A stretch of DNA of 64,000 nucleotides from an uncultured Acidobacteriota bacterium (lineage in GTDB: Bacteria; Acidobacteriota; Terriglobia; UBA7540): assembly GCA_963804995.1 (NCBI GenBank), contig CAWDSK010000001.1, forward strand, positions 96,001 through 160,000. Direction: 5' to 3'. The translations under genes and the position numbers were made by a program. Positions within the stretch are counted from its first letter, which is position 1; each line of letters starts with the position of its first letter. Of this stretch, positions 63,019 through 64,000 are shown one piece after another. The notes under the pieces were generated by a model, which had not been told where the DNA came from, did not search any database, and worked only from the letters and a program-made list of their open reading frames with translations.

Positions 63019-63879
63019 TTACCCAAGTTGGATGTGGTAGCCCGCAATGAATAACCCACCGAAGACGATCGCATAAGCCAGCTCACTCATCCCCAACCGA
63101 TGTACCTGCAGCGGCCGGGGGGATTCAAGGAACCATGCGAGACCTCGGATGAGAACCGGCGCAAACGCCAGCAGCGCCAAGCCGGGGAGCCAACCGGCTC
63201 GCCAGGCCATTCCCAGGAGAAACAGGGCGACAACCTGGTGAACCAAAAAGCTTCGCCCGCATACGAGTTTCTCCGCCAGGGTTATCACCCGCGCGGAGTG
63301 GATCCGGAGCTGGACGAAATGAATTTGATTGGCAGCGAAAAGCCAGTTCGCCGCCCAGATCAGCAAAGCCGTCCGGTTCAACTCGCCGGCAGCCAGGTAA
63401 TAGGCTCCCGCTGCCGTGGAGGTAAGCGCGATGGCCCCGGTCAATTGGGCATTCAGGCGCGTCTCCCGGCCCAGTCGTTTCAGAACAGCTTGCAGCAAAA
63501 AAGATGTCGCAGCGGCCGCGCCCAGTAGGAGAAGTCCGTAGGCACGCACCCCGAATATTAGGACGGCCAGAGCCAGGCCGGCAAAGGAGGCGTAAGTATA
63601 AATCGAATAATAAACTAGCCTCCGTTCCACATCGTTCTGCGGACGCAACGGTGAGATTTCTAACCAAGCCTCAACCGGCGTCCTGAGGCAGAAGAGCCCT
63701 AACGCGACCGCGGCGAATAGCAAAATCCAGATAATCCGCTGCCCACTGGGATGGCCCATCACCGCGCCGGTCGCGAGGGGAACCAAAAGCATTCCCCAGG
63801 CGCCGTGTTCACGGGGCCAGACGAATGAGCGAAAGCGGGAGCGATGAAGCGAATGGAGCGCGGGGGTAACACTGGCCAT
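63019..63879 (-). CDS. YwiC-like membrane protein
   Basis: PREHGAWGMLLVP; C-terminal LG.SE; multiple TM helices. Confidence 0.85.
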   Translation of the reverse strand: MASVTPALHSLHRSRFRSFVWPREHGAWGMLLVPLATGAVMGHPSGQRIIWILLFAAVALGLFCLRTPVEAWLEISPLRPQNDVERRLVYYSIYTYASFAGLALAVLIFGVRAYGLLLLGAAAATSFLLQAVLKRLGRETRLNAQLTGAIALTSTAAGAYYLAAGELNRTALLIWAANWLFAANQIHFVQLRIHSARVITLAEKLVCGRSFLVHQVVALFLLGMAWRAGWLPGLALLAFAPVLIRGLAWFLESPRPLQVHRLGMSELAYAIVFGGLFIAGYHIQLG

Positions 63880-64000
63880 GATAATCGGGCCTCAAAATGC
63901 TCGGGCGGTTACCCCCCGGTTTTTGTAAATGGCAGTATTCACTTCTACCAGCAAATCCTCGCAAGTGGCGCCGACCTTACGCGCTGCCATCTCAATCGAG

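Overview
GC-rich bacterial DNA; the gene content and intergenic repeats suggest Acidobacteriota, but that is inference only. 1-26.7 kb: an exosortase-associated exopolysaccharide locus (FrhB-like protein, GT2/GT4 transferases, deacetylases, Wzy-like polymerase, Wzx flippase, methyltransferases, pyruvyl transferase, GNAT/FemAB-like proteins, exosortase, VanZ) with an intergenic group II intron. 26.9-45.7 kb: an accessory region of nested mobile elements, a two-component pair, tandem Crp/Fnr paralogs and AbiE/hypB remnants, bounded by the 5' half of a CAT-anticodon tRNA. 46-64 kb: housekeeping genes (mbfA, rpiB, queF, xfp and others). Main result: two divergent large-serine-recombinase (LSR) elements (26990-29618 and 40166-43541) each sit antisense inside an rve/IS481-like transposase gene. 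In both, a small HP-motif (DUF5372-like) gene is cut by the attachment site: its RBS, ATG and first codons lie at one end of the element and the gene body at the other. The gene is therefore intact only in the excised circle, which looks like an excision-activated genetic switch.
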